From assembly GCA_002633005.1 (NCBI GenBank), contig NMRA01000579.1:62001-126000 (forward strand): a stretch of 64,000 bases of DNA. The letters run 5' to 3'. The notes under the pieces are model-generated. The model saw only the letters and a list, made by a program, of their open reading frames with translations. It was not told where the DNA came from and did no database searches. Each line of letters starts with the position of its first letter. Positions within the stretch are counted from its first letter, which is position 1. Of the stretch, positions 31,401 through 46,400 are shown piece after piece. Origin of the DNA: Phoronis australis (Eukaryota > Animalia > Phoronida). A program made the position numbers and the translations under genes.

Positions 31401-34400
31401 GGTAGATGCAGTTTTATTCTTTCTGAAAAGTTAGTGCTGTGGTTTTACGACATCCTTAAGCTATCATACTTCACAATCTGTGGTGTGATAAATTGTCCAT
31501 GTGGGCTGATATCTCAATAAAATGTAGTTAACCTAAAGGCGCAGGTCTGAGCTTGGTGGTAGGTACGCATCCTGGTGTAAAATTTGTCTTGAAGTGGAGC
31601 GTTCTCAGTTGGCTGAACATTTTGTCTGGTTTTCTGTGTTACAGCATACTGCAAACTCAGCCCCTGGTATATGCGATAATAAATCGTAGGTGATGGCTGA
31701 AATCACTATCAACAGTTGTTGATTTAAACTTCAACATAGCCTGGCTACAGATATGCACCTGTGAGCGATCGTTTAAACGAAAAACAACATGTCTCTTTCT
31801 ATACAGCTCTATATACACATGTATTTGCTGCACTTCAAAAGCACTGTTTGTCTTCTTTACAAGTTGGTATCATATACTAGCGCTTTGTGTGCACAACAAA
31901 ACGTTTTCTGATTCAGTTTAGTTTTAATTGTTCGTTGGCAGTCTCACGGCTGGCTGAATTTCTAAAGTGAGACCTATCTGTTGGGGATTGGATCATACCA
32001 GTCTCCAACCAGGTTAGTATACAACCTGATAATCAACAATAGACCGTTTTAATAACTGCAAGGCGATTGTCAGACTGTGTGGTGTCTTTTGTTCAAAGTC
32101 AGAAAAACGTGAAAGTCGATTTCACGCGAACAAAGGAAAGATTTCATCAATAATTCTTTATTTTTAAAATGGCAATTATGGAAATGTGTAGTGTTATTCT
32201 TGGTTCTGAGTTTTGTCTTTTCATCAATACCGATGTTTGTTCATATAGTTAATGGGGTCATAAAGACAGGAGGTTAAATTATGCAATTTTTCAGCGCACA
32301 ACAACATCGATTTCAGTATTTTGCACAACTTACCGATTTCAGAATTTTGTGCATTGTAATCACCGACAAGTTGTGTAATTTTGAAGACACTCCGGAAACA
32401 AGTTCATAAAAGTAGAGACACGGGTTTGCTCATTTATGATTAATGATCGTCTGGTCACGAAATATTTGATTAATTAAACAGAACTTTATATGACACGACG
32501 ACTTGATTTGTCCTGCATGATGCCGAATGTCTAGTTGATTAAAGAGAATTATATATGGTAGTAAAACTAAATTTTACATGCGTGTCTTTTTGACATAGTG
32601 AAGAGCAGTGTGTGTTGATTTTGTGTACAGAAGTGTTTTTTGTTAGGGTTCTCTCTGAGCAAAAATTCAAACATGGCGGATATTCCACATCATGTTTTAG
32701 TATCCTAATTTCTGTTAAAACAGAAATTAACATTTAGTTGCACTTTATTTTTACTTTTTGGGGATGTCATTGCCATTTTCATAACAAAATAAGTCCCTCT
32801 ATGCAACACTATTTCAATCTGAGTTTTCAACTATTCCTTTAGATCTAAATTTAGCTCAAGGGTTTTCAAACACGGCTCAGGACTTCTAAAACATGGCTGA
32901 AGGCTTTTCAAACATGGCGCAAGATTTCCATATTTGGTGCAGAACACTTCAAACATGGTGCAGCTCCATGCGTGAAGTAGTATGTTGTTGCTTGTCAGTT
33001 ACGTGTTCTCTTGAGGTTCAAAAAGGCATTATTCATAGAGTAGTGGTACCGGTGTTGGTCGAGTATATTATGCCCGAATTTTGAGAACCAGTTTTCTCCA
33101 CTGAATAATGGGCACCAAACTGGTTCTCTGAAAATCCATTATTTTCTTGTAAATTTTGGTCGTGTTCATAATTTTTAATTATGTGATTAAAAATGTTGGT
33201 AGAGTTTATTTTTACAAAGAAAAATTTGAGATCAGTTTGTTAGTGTAAAGCAGTGTCTGATATTTAGAAGAATATGAGGAATGCCAAACTTGTCCTTGTT
33301 CCAATCTTTAGAATCGGTAAAGTTTAATTTGTCATGAATTTCAGTGTCCCAAATTTTTGGAGACTGTCATACACTGGAGAATATTTACTGTAGTTATTGA
33401 GAAACCAGAACTATTATTGAACAAAATGCTGTCATGCCCTAAAATCTTTCATTTCATTTTCCGAAAATATTGGAAAATAAGCATTTGGTTGCAAAGAAAA
33501 TATTGAGTTCCGTTTGTTTGTTCCATTTTAGACTTATAAGAAGACACTTCAGAGTTAGGAATTTTGTACACACAGCTCCCTGGTATCCCTTGTAGAAAAA
33601 AGTGTTTATGTTTGACATGTGTTCTATAAAGAATACGAAAGTGAACTGTCTGTAGTGCATTAGTGAATCAATGACCCTTCACATGTACACCTGGTATTAG
33701 GGTGAGGGCACACAGTTATTGCAGAACACTGCAATAGGTGGACCATACAAAGCACCTCTTGCCACCAGTTGAACACACTGAAGCATACACCAGTCTACCA
33801 CAACAATGCCCCCCTTTGCCAATTGGGGTATAATGACCTTCTAGTGTTTAGATTAAGGATTAATTCAGGATTAGCCTCATTGTGGACCCACATTCATAGC
33901 AGGCTGTTCTGGTCTGGCTGTATTCAGTTCCCTCAAGCCTCCTGAAAACACCTCCATACACATGTGTGGTACCCAGAATATTCTATTGCATTTGTTCAGG
34001 TGGTTTGATGTCAAAAGTTAGTACCAGGAAACAGATATTTTGTGCCGGCCATGGGACTGTGTCTCATTTATTTTCAGATTGTCAGATTGATTTTACTTCG
34101 TTAGTTTAGACATTTGCCCGATTCATTTCTGGGAATATTGTCGACATAATTTGTTCCCTTTTCCCCTTATCTTTGTCGCAAAGTTGATAATTCGAGGCAA
34201 AGAGCCATTCCATTCGGAATTTGTTCACAGTAGTCTAATGGCGAATTTTTTCTGTCTGATTTTCAAAATGTCCTGACAGGTTTTGACAATTGCGGACAAA
34301 TGTCCAGGACCTAGTAAAAAAGCAAAATTTATGTGAACTGAAAACTGTCGGTCTGAATGCTTAAATAGCAACTGTTTCCATACAAAGTTAAATGGGTGAG

Positions 34401-37400
34401 TATTTCTTTACCATATACCCTTCGAAAGGTTGCCTTTTCCGATTAAATACTTTTGAAAGGTCCTTTTTACATAGTAGGAATTTCACACAAGGGTTGTTTT
34501 TGCAACAAGACATCGAAAGAGTTTCATGGGATATTTAGGATTGTTGGGTTGAAAAGACTGCAGACAAAAGGTTGTTTATCCCTGTGTAACACAATGACTA
34601 ATGCGTGTTTTTATGGGGATAAAAAATCTGTTAAGTTTCCACAATTTTTATTCTGGCTGGGACTGATTGTCCATCTGGTTGTGGAAATGTCGTGTCTTGT
34701 AACCAGTCACTCTCTGTTTTTATTATCAGTATAGCATGCATGGCCTGTTGACACGGTGCCCCAACATGTTCCATAGACACAATACACTCCCGAAAATGCA
34801 AGATGATGCAGGACTTCGTGAGAATGTTTGGATCTTGCAAGTCTTTCCGAGATATAGCAGTGTGCATTACGAGCAAAGCACGTGATCACTCAAGTATCAT
34901 TCGCACAATTACGTCCACGGAACTCGGCTAGTCATATCCTCTGATGGCTGTTCCTGTGTTCTATTTATACAACTAGCTCCGTGCATTCCTGTCTGTACTG
35001 AGCTAAAAATATTGGTGTTTTACTTTATGGAGATTGATCACCTCAAAATGCCAAAACAAAGATCTAATGGGGACTGCAAGTCATATTTATGAGTCGAGGT
35101 CCATTGTTTGAAATGCAAAAACCTTTGGGACCTAAATGACAGTTGTATTCTTAGTAAAAACTGAAAGAATTTCTGATTGATGGTACAGAGTTGTTCATAG
35201 CAGTTCATGTTTTGTTCACTGCAGTCACCTGTGACAATAGTTTGAATATCGTAATCAACATTTATTGTATTGGACAATATTTTGTTATTAAATTGGAAAA
35301 CTATCTTATAAGCTTCATCCATTTCTGAACGTGCGCATGTTTTTCACTCACTGTACTTAAGTTCCCAACATTAAGTTCTCCACTTAATTTGCACAAAAAT
35401 AATTGCCAAAATGGAATTTTTTCAAAGCAAAGATTCGACAAACGTTTATGACATCTGTTTATTACAGTGCATTCTTGTTGTAGACTCAAATGTTCTTAAT
35501 CTTTACTTTTGTGGAGAAATTTAACAGAAGAGGTTAAATAAAGCAAGAATGGCTATAGAAGGAGTTCAGTGAACCTAAAATGAAGAGCTCAAGATAAATC
35601 CCCAATGCCATACAAATCATGTTCAGGTAAAGTATTGATTTTTGTCTGAATAGACAAATACTTATAGCCAAGGCCAATGTTTCAGTTTGACACAGCAGAA
35701 TATAGTGGTTGGCCCAAAGAACATACCATAGCTGGTTCTGGTCACTCCCTCTACTCACAAAAGCCCCCCCCCCCGCACCGGCTTCAGCCAAGATCTTGTC
35801 CTATACTGAAAAGCTGCACATTAGCATGGGTAAACAAGGTTTGAATGCCATGATTTGCCAAGTAGTGGGTGAAAATATACACCATTTTTGTTCCTCTCGG
35901 TTGGATTTTCTGTGTTGAAAAATGTGAGCAACTAAAAGTAGCGCAGCACTGAGTCGATCTCCTGAAAATCACAAACCCGAACCAGCTACGTTTTTTACCT
36001 TAGCTGTGACACAGCATTGCCCACAGCCACTTCTTAAAATACTGCAGGGCCCTTTCTGATTTACCCACAATGCCGCACATCAATAAAGCACTCGCCCAAC
36101 TGCGTATCTGCCGTGCTTGTCACCGTTTAACACCAGCACTATTAAGCCATCGTCATTCTAATGCTAATCAAGGTGAATAGTGAGGAATTACAATGCTGAC
36201 ATAAAACGTTTGCTGAGCTGAATGGGGTGCAATGAATCGTTTTTCACTGCAATGTTTTTTTCACCTCTCAAATAGGAGAGTTGAATTCGGGATGTTGTGG
36301 TGGAGGAAACTTTTGGGTTTCCCAACTATACAGGTAAAGTGGAACAGAATGGCCATCTTCTGGCACAACCTCCCAAAGTATATGGTGGAAAACCAATGGA
36401 AGACATTAAAATATAGCGAATTCCTGCTGTGCAGTAACAGGTTAGCATCCTGACATCAAGGAAATTGGTTGGATAATCTATCTCACTTCTTATCTGGTAG
36501 AATGTCCATTCTCTGGACTGCTTCATTTTGGGAACCTAAATTACACATATTCCTGTTCTGTGTGTGGTCCTTGTGAGGCTTCATTAAATTGACCAATGGT
36601 AAAGGTTCTGTTTGATGACAACTAGACTGTTGTGTTGACCCTTTTAGCCACCTCATCCATTATCACAACACCATGTGTTCTGATGGTGCTTGCCGTTAAT
36701 TGTTTATGGCCCACGACCATTGTCAGGTATTGTCCTGTTATTTGCCTAAGAATTAGAAAATTAACATGACAAAGGTGGGCAAATTTGGAATTTCTCAGCC
36801 GTTAGGGTCACACTTGGATTAGGATACCTACATCCATTAATTCTTTTGGCTTGCACACATTTTTGCAGAGTAATACTGAAAAAGATTCGTGTGCTTGGAT
36901 CACTGAAGTAGAGGAACTTTCCTCTTTAGTTCTATGCTGGAGTGAATGAAACAGGAGGCTTAAGAGACCTGTTAGGGTGTTCATAGACAAGCTTGTCTAA
37001 ATTGAGCTTATTGACTACCAAAACTGATAGTTTTGATTTATTGCAATGATAACATTATGAAGTCTGATAATACTTGATTTGTTTATTCCCCCTGGCAGAG
37101 TCCAAGGCGGCTCTAGTAAAATTCACCTGCATATCATAGTCAGAAGCAAAAACTTATTTTTCTTGTTCAAAACAAACACAAGAGTTATTGTTCCTTGTGT
37201 GTGGGCTGAGGGTGTTTTATCTTATCTTATCTGAAGGCGCAGCATTGGTATTTATGGCTTTTTCACCTTTGGTTTTTAAGCCGTTAAATTACAGTGTTTT
37301 TGCCAGTTATTGTGTTAATGGGACTCTAGACCACCCCTTGTGCTGTGGTATTTTTACTATTTGTACAAAGGGAAGACTTGTCTGGCCTTGTATTCTGTGT

Positions 37401-40400
37401 TTACCACCTGTACACATGAGAGGCATGTACATGTATTGGAGGTCTGTACAAACAGGCAAGCAGTGTTTAGACGTCTGGGTCTGGTATTGTACACATACAA
37501 CTTTGTTGTAGAGAGCCACTTCCCACAAAGCCAGCCAATCGACTTGTGTATGATTGAACATCAAAATACAGAGCTTTAGGAATCGATGGGAGTAAAAAAT
37601 GGGCAATTTAAGCAAAGCTTGCTTTTTCAATCTATGGGGGCGGAGTATCCTATATCCACTGGTGTGCTCTTCCGTTGCATCATTAAAATACAAATCGGGA
37701 CATCTGTTTGTTGTAAAAAGAGCTCTTGAAATTTTTGTGGGCAGTGTACATATGCTGTAACAACTTAATCAGTTATTGCAACATCTGAAATATCATCCAT
37801 TTCGTATGTCTGCTGTGTGAGTCAGTGAGGTCAAGGTCGTTGTTCCTAGGATGCTGTCCAATCACAATTTGGTGAAGGGTTTTTGTACCCTAAATGTTCA
37901 CCAATTTCGCAGTCTCTAAAATCTGACACATTAATTCAAGCTGAAATGGATTTTTTTGGATTACCAAATGTTGTTTTATGAGTTCTCCAAAGTGCAACAT
38001 AGCTAAAGCTAAATTACAAACAATTTTTGTTTGAGAAATTTGATAAAAAATTCACACGTGTGATAAATTGTTGAATAATTACTGTACGTCATTTTCTGTG
38101 ACTTCATGCTGGATCACTAACTTGTATCCTCGGGTGCTACCGTATTTTCCCCTCTCCACATCAAAGAAATCACTTGTTGGTTCTCGATTATACGCTGATA
38201 CTGGATGTTTATTGCCAAGAGTGCTTTCAGATTAAACACAAGTTTATATCTCCGCTTATCAGGAGTGTGTCTTTTGAAAGTTGATCAAATTTGAAACATC
38301 TTATCTGACCTTTTGCTCCCAAGTCAGCGACAATTTCTAAGGACCTGATGCACTGCTTCCCTGTAATCTATTTGTGTCTCTGCTTTTGGTATTATAGTTT
38401 GAAGTGGGCATAAAAAGGGTATCACTTATGAGATCTGATCTTCATCTTGGATAATCCTATGTAACCCCTGGGGCCGGGTGCGTACTCCCAAAGGTACATG
38501 GGACATGTCGCTCAGAAAAGTGACTGTTCCTGACCCGTTACAAGGTTCCATAAGCAAAGGGTGTTTTTTCCTACAAAATTCTGTAGGAAAGGGTTCTATG
38601 TTAATTTACATTCCATTCATGAAGTGAACTTTTGCTTTAGAAGTGTTGTTGTGAAAACCTTTTTGAAATTCAAGATAGCAGCCAGTTGAAGTGTTGTTGT
38701 GAAAACCTTTTTGAAATTCAAGATGGCAGCCAGTCACCATGACGATAGTGATGGTACCATATTTGTGAAGAAGTCTTGAAAGAATTGACTTGGCACGTCA
38801 GTTTTTAAGCCTTTGAGAATGGCTGTATTGTTGGATAGGCCTAATGGATGTGCTCCTTCAAAGTGTGATTAAGGTTATGTAAAAGCTAAGAAAAATGTTC
38901 AAATTTGGTTAATTCAGAAAGTTGTGGGATACTTTCAGATGCTTTGTATAGTGTTCTCCTAAACGCCGTTATAGGAATCGTTTTTAAATTTTCTTACTTT
39001 TGCATCAGCGATCATCAAGCATAAGGACTTTTATGACATTTATGAAAAAAGAAAAATTTCAGAAACTCAACAAAATGAAAACTTGTTACTATAACAATGC
39101 TTTTGAGGTTTTTTATCTTGAAATGATATCAAACAAAATTAGGTCATGCTATTGCTACGTCTGTTAAATTTTACCAAAAAGGCATGATCACATGACCCAA
39201 CTCATGGCAGATTGTTGTAAAGTCAAAAAACAGCTGCTACAGACTTTCTGCTTTCAGAAAAATATGGAGACTTGTCAAAAAGAACCTAAACAACCTTAAA
39301 CTTTGCCTAGGAAATTATCATTATTTGTCACCAGTATATAATGTATGTAAATATATTCATGGAATGCAGAGCATGCTGGGATTGATGTCCCAATACCTGT
39401 GGTCTGCACTTGTGGCTGTTTCTTTGTCCTGCAATGGTTCCTGTGGTTTGTGTACATTCCTCCAGTTCACTGGATCAAGGAGGTTCAAGTGGTGATAGAG
39501 TAGTGATAACCATTTGTGGTCATTCAATACACAACCTTGATTCCAATAGTGTGGGTCTTTCAACTTGGCTGGGGACAAAAGTTAAGTGGATGTATTAGGA
39601 GGGATTGGTTTAATGAGGTCAATGGTCATCTGGGATGTTGTGATGAAGTGACAACTATTGAACACCTGGATTTTTTTCAGGTTAATAATAATGTTAAAAT
39701 GTTGTACCTGGGAGGTGAGCAACCAACAACCACACCTTTAAATTTCCATGTGTGACAAAAATTCTTCAATTTGAAATAAAAAAATAATTGCTAAAATTGC
39801 CATATTTCTAGTTTTCAGATTTTTGCCACAATGTAAAAGCTCAAAATTTCACCAAATGTTGTTTGTTAATAGCTATGAAACACAAACCATGCTGAGAGCA
39901 AAGTAAACTTTCCTGAAAAGTTATTTTTGACAAATGAAATTCCACCTGTCTATGATCTAGTGTCCAAAAATTTTACCCACATAGATAAGAGTGTAACAGT
40001 AGACTTAGAGATGCAGTCAACTCCTCCCTGTCTTTGAATTACTTTCAAACAATGAAGCTATCAGTTGAAGATAGCATGTTATTTGAAGTTGACTTTGATA
40101 GAATGAAGACTTCAGATGATGTTTCTAGAAAGGTCTTAAATTTCTGATTAATAACACTGTAGTTTTTGGGGGTAATTCAATAATGTGAGATGCTTTCCTG
40201 TGTATAGAATTGATATTGGAACTCCAAGTTCGGAGACTTTGGTGTTCTGCTCATCATTGATGATTGGAGTAGGCAGACATTTAGTATCCCCTGCGCGTGA
40301 GAGGCTATGGCCCTATTTGTGTTCAGCCGGACATTGAGTCTGGGTTCCATTTTTGTCTGTAATGTCGATTTTGCTTTGATTTAAGAGACCTTCCTGAAAG

Positions 40401-43400
40401 GTATTATGGGGCGCCGATGGTAGACAAATTTACAAACCTGATGGGAATGGGTAACTAAACTGAAGTGTGGCCTATCTTTAAATTTATGTATTTTGCATTT
40501 CAGGAGATGGAGGAAGTGTTCATGTACCACATAAGTGTACTCTCATACTACTATGTGTTTATTTTGTAACCTATTGTACAGTTTAATGAAATATACTAAT
40601 ATATACGACTCCCTGTCTTCATCTACTCTAGCAGAACAACTTGCTTGAAGGCGCTTTTGATTGGTGAAGCTTAAAATATCGTCATTATTGATGTTTCTGG
40701 AAAAAGTAGTCTTTCGTGTTCACTCAGCCATATTTGAATGCCATTGGTGGGATCTATAACCCATGCTGAGTATATTGTGCGACCGTTGGACATTGTCAAT
40801 CATTTTTTTTCACACCTTTGTGCACAATCAATTTTTTTGTGAAGCTGGCGAGGTTTTGATTTATCGACATCCATTAAAGTCATGACAAAACTGCTCAGGA
40901 TGCGTCTTATTGCTTGTGCGTGCAAGCTTAATCTAACGTTAAAATCTCAACCAATTTGGGACACAACGTGGCAGATAGATGAAATTTTATTTCCTCATTT
41001 TTTTGTAAGTGATATGTATAAAGTAAATCCGTAGCTAGGCAACAGGATCAATAATGTGTCAAAATTTCATTTCATGTAAATGTTCAAGATAAAATATTCA
41101 CAAGTTTCCCGTATTGTTTTATTTTCATTTTATGCAACTAAAAATCCTACATGTCCTATTTTGATAGCCCCTCGTGCAAAAAGAAACATTTTCAAAACAG
41201 TTCCTTGAAGTGTTTTGGAGGTCAAAAGTGCATCGAGCGTTGTAACGTTATATTTGAATCCGATCAGTCATTTTTGAGGTGCGATGTTCCAAAATTAAAC
41301 AAACTTGGAGTAATTTCTAAAGTACTCCATAAGCCGAAGTTTCCAACATTACTCCCTTTCAGCCTGGTCTGTGACTGTTAGTGACTCTTAAGTGTACACC
41401 AGCTCACTTCCCAAGGTCTATAACTATTCAATTTTACGGCAGAACCCCAAGGCATCTCTTTGCACCTTCACCAGTTGTCCCCTCGTTTACCTATGATTAT
41501 CTGCCAATCAATTCGTCAAAGAGAGCATCCCTTAAACCCCAGACTGGTGCTGTTGACCCCTGGGGCTGCATTCAGGGATTCATTGCACTAGTCCCTGCAT
41601 GGGTTTAACGTCACGTTCATATTAGTGCGCAGCAGTTTTTGCACAGGGGTTCATGGCCCGCTGTTCTTTGAGCATAGACTGCATGTACTACCTAGCATAA
41701 CTTATTGGTCTGCATAATGCGTTAGTCTACGTTGTCAGTCTGTGGAAGCCGCCATCTTTGTTTCAGTCGCATTTAAGATAAAATCTCACCAATAAAGCTG
41801 ATAAGTCAACTTTTGTTCTCTGAATTGTTTTCGATAAAAGATTTGCAGCACCATATGAATGCGTGTAACGCGTGTAAAACTCTCACACAAGCACTTGGAT
41901 CTACATACCAAGTCATTGCTTTTGCCTGGGTCCCAAAGACAACACATTAAGTGAGGTCGCATGTACCTGTATTTAACAACAGTCTAACCAATCAAACACA
42001 TGGATTCACTATATCACCAGTACCTATCTGATCTCTGTTATGAAGCAATCCCCTGGACCACCAGCTACAACAAGTAGACCTTATCCTCTTTTGTGAAAAT
42101 TACCGGTGTCAAGTGAAAACTTCCCTCCAAAAATACAAACCAGTAGTGGTTACGGTTTGTTTATTATGCCTCTTTCGTGGCCACTTAATGAGGCGTAGTA
42201 GAAAAGTTAAGCTTAGGTTATAAACTAAATCCTTCGTTGACTGATTGGAGATCAATGTTAAAGCTGCCACTAAGGCAGCACTTAATCAGGGATATGTTCA
42301 ATCAGATACTTCCCTATACGCCTTATTCACGCTGTCGCCATTTTAAAAGTGAGCCTCTTTTTAGGTTTTAGAAACGGTGTACTCTGAGCGTAATCACAGC
42401 GCAAAGCGTGATTTTTTCGCGTGCCTCGTTATATTTATGTCTCAAATGCATTGTTTTTTAAGCCTAAAAAAGGCTCACTACTAAAATGGCGTGAATAAGG
42501 CGTATGGCTGTCATTTGACCATGGGCCCCGTCTGAATTCTATTGTGTACATGTTAGTGTAATCCTGGTGGTTCTGGGATGTTGTATATGGGGACCCAACC
42601 ATGATTTTTTAAAGGAAACTGTCCTTTCCCTGGCTCCCCCTAAATCAGCCTCTAAGCTGGCTTCACTAAACTGACGGTTGTCTTGGTTTTACCAATAAAT
42701 TACAATTTCCTTATACATACTGTTGGTATGCATTGCAAGACTAATGCGGTTGTTTATAGCACGCTCGTGTGTGCGAGACAATCTATTACACGAGGTTTGA
42801 GCAAAAGTACCGTTTTGAGAATATGGTTGCATGGGCGCACTACTACAGTAAATATTTTCCGGTTTGAGACAGTGGAGAATTATTTGTTTTGCTCAAACCA
42901 AATTTTGATAGGCAATACTGGCTGTCCCAAATTCAAGAATAATGATCAATAACAAAAGCCCATTCACTCAACTCCTTGTTAAACACTATGAGTGGCATGG
43001 AATGGTTGCATCAGCAGCTATTTTTGACAGTTTTATTTCAACAGCAAAATCTTATTTTCAGATTCTGTTGATACAAGAATGCAATGTCCGAAATTTGAGA
43101 ACCGTGACCAATGCCTAAATTGACTTTTGGCCCAGTCTTCAGAATCAAGAAAATTCATATTCTGCTTGAATTTCCATGTCCCAAATTTTGGAGGTGTCCC
43201 AAACTGGAGAATTTTCACTGTACTTTAATATTTTCAGCAAAGTCTGCATGATCTCTGGGTGTTTTGATCTATATAATTGTTGTTTTTAATTTGTTGTTTT
43301 TCTCCCGTCTGTTTGCCAATCTAAAAACATTGTTGAAATCGTCCTAATCATACCCACGTCCATGTTCATGACCGGGCCAGAATGCTCACCGGAAACTCTT

Positions 43401-46400
43401 AATGATTTCTGCTTGCCATGCCCGATCTAAAGTTACTCTCACCTTGATTTTCACACCTGTTCCTAGCACAGGTGTGCTATCTCACAAATGCCAAGGTGTT
43501 AACAAGCTCTTCTGTTTGTTCAGCCAGAATGTTTTGCGTTTTAGTACAGGCGAACTAAGCCTGTGGGTCTTCTTTCGAGATTATTTTTAACTTGTTACGA
43601 ATTTGTCTGGTTGACTCTTCCCGAAAAAGGTCATGCATACTTTTGGAGATGTACACCCAAGTCTTGTATAGGTCACCAATGTTTACTGGTAGATCATGTA
43701 ATGGTATTCTGAATCCACAATAAAGGAATGAAATATTCAAGTTTCAAATTGTTATTTGAGTTACAAAATACTACTAGTCTGATAGGTTTATACCTGAACT
43801 TTCATGCATGAGTCATATATTCTTTCTATATCAGCTGGAATGTTTTTAGTACACCAAGAACCTCACAAAAACACAAGGTCACGTGAGACTTTGCGAGATT
43901 TCACCATGTATTGCAGGCAACATACGCAACCACGCAAGCTTTACTCGTGAGATTCTTGTGTCTACGGAACTCTGCCTCGATGTATTGTAAACTACGTTAC
44001 CTTACCGTGATTTCTGTTTTTTGATTGAATTACATAATGTCATTAATGTGACAAGTTTGAAACAACTGGGTTTCCTTCAATGAATAAATAATTTGGGAAT
44101 ATTAGAGCCGTGCATTTTAAACAACATTATTTTCAATTGAAAAATTTTGTAATGATTGACATAAGGCTTTGAGAAGCCTTTTTAACTACCCGAAAGGATT
44201 TATTTCCACTCGTAAAGGTAGCCACCTCTACTTGACTTTATTCTCAGTATTAAAAATAACTTGACAACGCTTTTTACCTCTGTACACATCTACCTCAATG
44301 GTAAAACAAGTTGTTGACATGTTCATTGGCTCAGCTAGCCTGAAGCTCTTTACACATTGGACCCTGAGTTTGTCTTATTGAGTGTCCACAACATACCTGA
44401 ATGTTTCTATTGTGTGTTAAAAAATGTTGCCTCTGTGGGTACAATGAAAAACTTAATGAGGGTATCCTCCGATCTTCGAGCACATTGATTTAGTGTATGT
44501 CACAGCTTCTTATTTCCTTTTGCGACTGTTTGTTTTGGGCTTACGCTACTGACACTATGAAAACACTGAACTGGATCCATTGATTGGAGGCCTGCCTGAG
44601 TGATCAGGTGCTCGCATGATTGGGAATTTAGTTTTGGGATGTAGCGTTATTCGGTGCAAAACGGCCTGAAGTCGGGTCGTTCGGTACACTAATGATTATC
44701 TTTTTATGATGAGGTGTGGAACACATGAAACATTTTTGAGATTACTGATCTACCGTATTTATCCAGCTTGATATCCTTGCTTGGTTAACCACCCCTCCCT
44801 GAAATTTCCAAATTTTACTTACCCAGAAAAATGTTGAAATTTGGCTCACTTTGGAGCATCATATTTTAGGAACAGCTGATCAAATTCATGTGCAACTTTT
44901 GGATACTACTTCATACACTATTCTCCAAGTCGCTGCTAGAAATTGTTTTCAAAGACGTTCCACTTTTTCACGAGGGGCAATAAGAAATAGGACTGCAGAT
45001 GTTTTATTTGACTGTTTCATGCTAAGTTCAAGGCTTATAGATCTTGCTTCGGCCCTTTTAGTGAACTACAGCCCATGGTTTCTCACTAATTTCATTTTAG
45101 GCACCGGCATGCTCACCCCTAATTTTTGAAGTCTCCACTTTAAGCACTATGGGCAGTAGTCCAGACGAGTATGGTTGGGTGAAACTTTTGTGTATACTCA
45201 TCTAGAATACATTTTGGTGCTTTGCACTCGTCAAAAGGGCCCTCGTTAGCCTAGTAAAGAATAAAGTACAACGGATAACTATCATTAATGAGGTTTATTT
45301 CGGTAGCTCAAATATTTCATTGCAGTTTACAATTCAAAAGTAATTTACCCAGAGATTTGATGTAAGTGCGGTAATAAACTGATAGACACGATATTTAGCA
45401 AATGTGTAGAGTGGCTATCTGAACAGGGATTGTTTTGTTCATTTATAGGTCTGGAGTATTGTCCATCTCTTTGGCAATACAACCGCCCAAACATAGCCTC
45501 AGGGTTACTGCCATCTCCTCGCTTGTTCACGTATTTAATGAATTCATGTAGAGCTAGAGCGTCAAGTAAACCACTTTGAAGTGTAGTAATTTTTGATAAG
45601 TTACAAACACCATGTCTTTGGGTCAGTTTGAGGACAATTTGGCAAAGATAAGTGGTGTAAATCCACCATTTTGCAAAGTAACTGTCAGGGGTCACCACTT
45701 GAGGCAGTTTGGTCAATCACAAGAGCCGATCTTGTTGGTCAAAATTTGATTTACATCAGTTGACCTATTTCAGCCTGTGGCACAGGTTTTATTGATGTCA
45801 GTGGAAAAAAATGATAAGAAAACATGGGGTGGGAAATCTTCCCCCCTCCCCCCATATCTGTCTTCATTCACAAAAACATCCTCAGCTGAAGCTACGCCTT
45901 AATAATCAAGAAAAGTTGTCAAAGAAAGTAATTAATACTGTGTCCTGTCATTTTAAGTCTTGGTTGTACTTTTTATGAGGTGAAAACTTTTTACTTCGTA
46001 CTCTTAATTTGACTCTGGCCTTTCAAATTAATGGAGTCCAGTCGAGGCCATTTCATACGCTGAGCCAAGCCAACTATTAGGGCTGATCTTGATTGGCCAG
46101 CACCAATCCTGTTAGCCCGGGCATTCCTAGTAATGGGTTTCGCTGACAATTGTGCTAATTTTACAAGTCATGTTTATAGTGATTTGCCATCATATCGAAG
46201 CCTTGAATAAATTAAGAGAACCCATAGATAGCTCAGTAGATGTTGGACAGAAATACCTCAACCCCCCTCAGTAAGGTCTGGCCTGGGTGCAATTGTATGT
46301 TGGGGTCTTCAATAGCCCCTGGTCATTAGATGCTCTTAATCAAGGTGATCCACTGTTTCCTGGAATGCATTCCCCTTTTTCTGTCATTAACGATTGGTTA

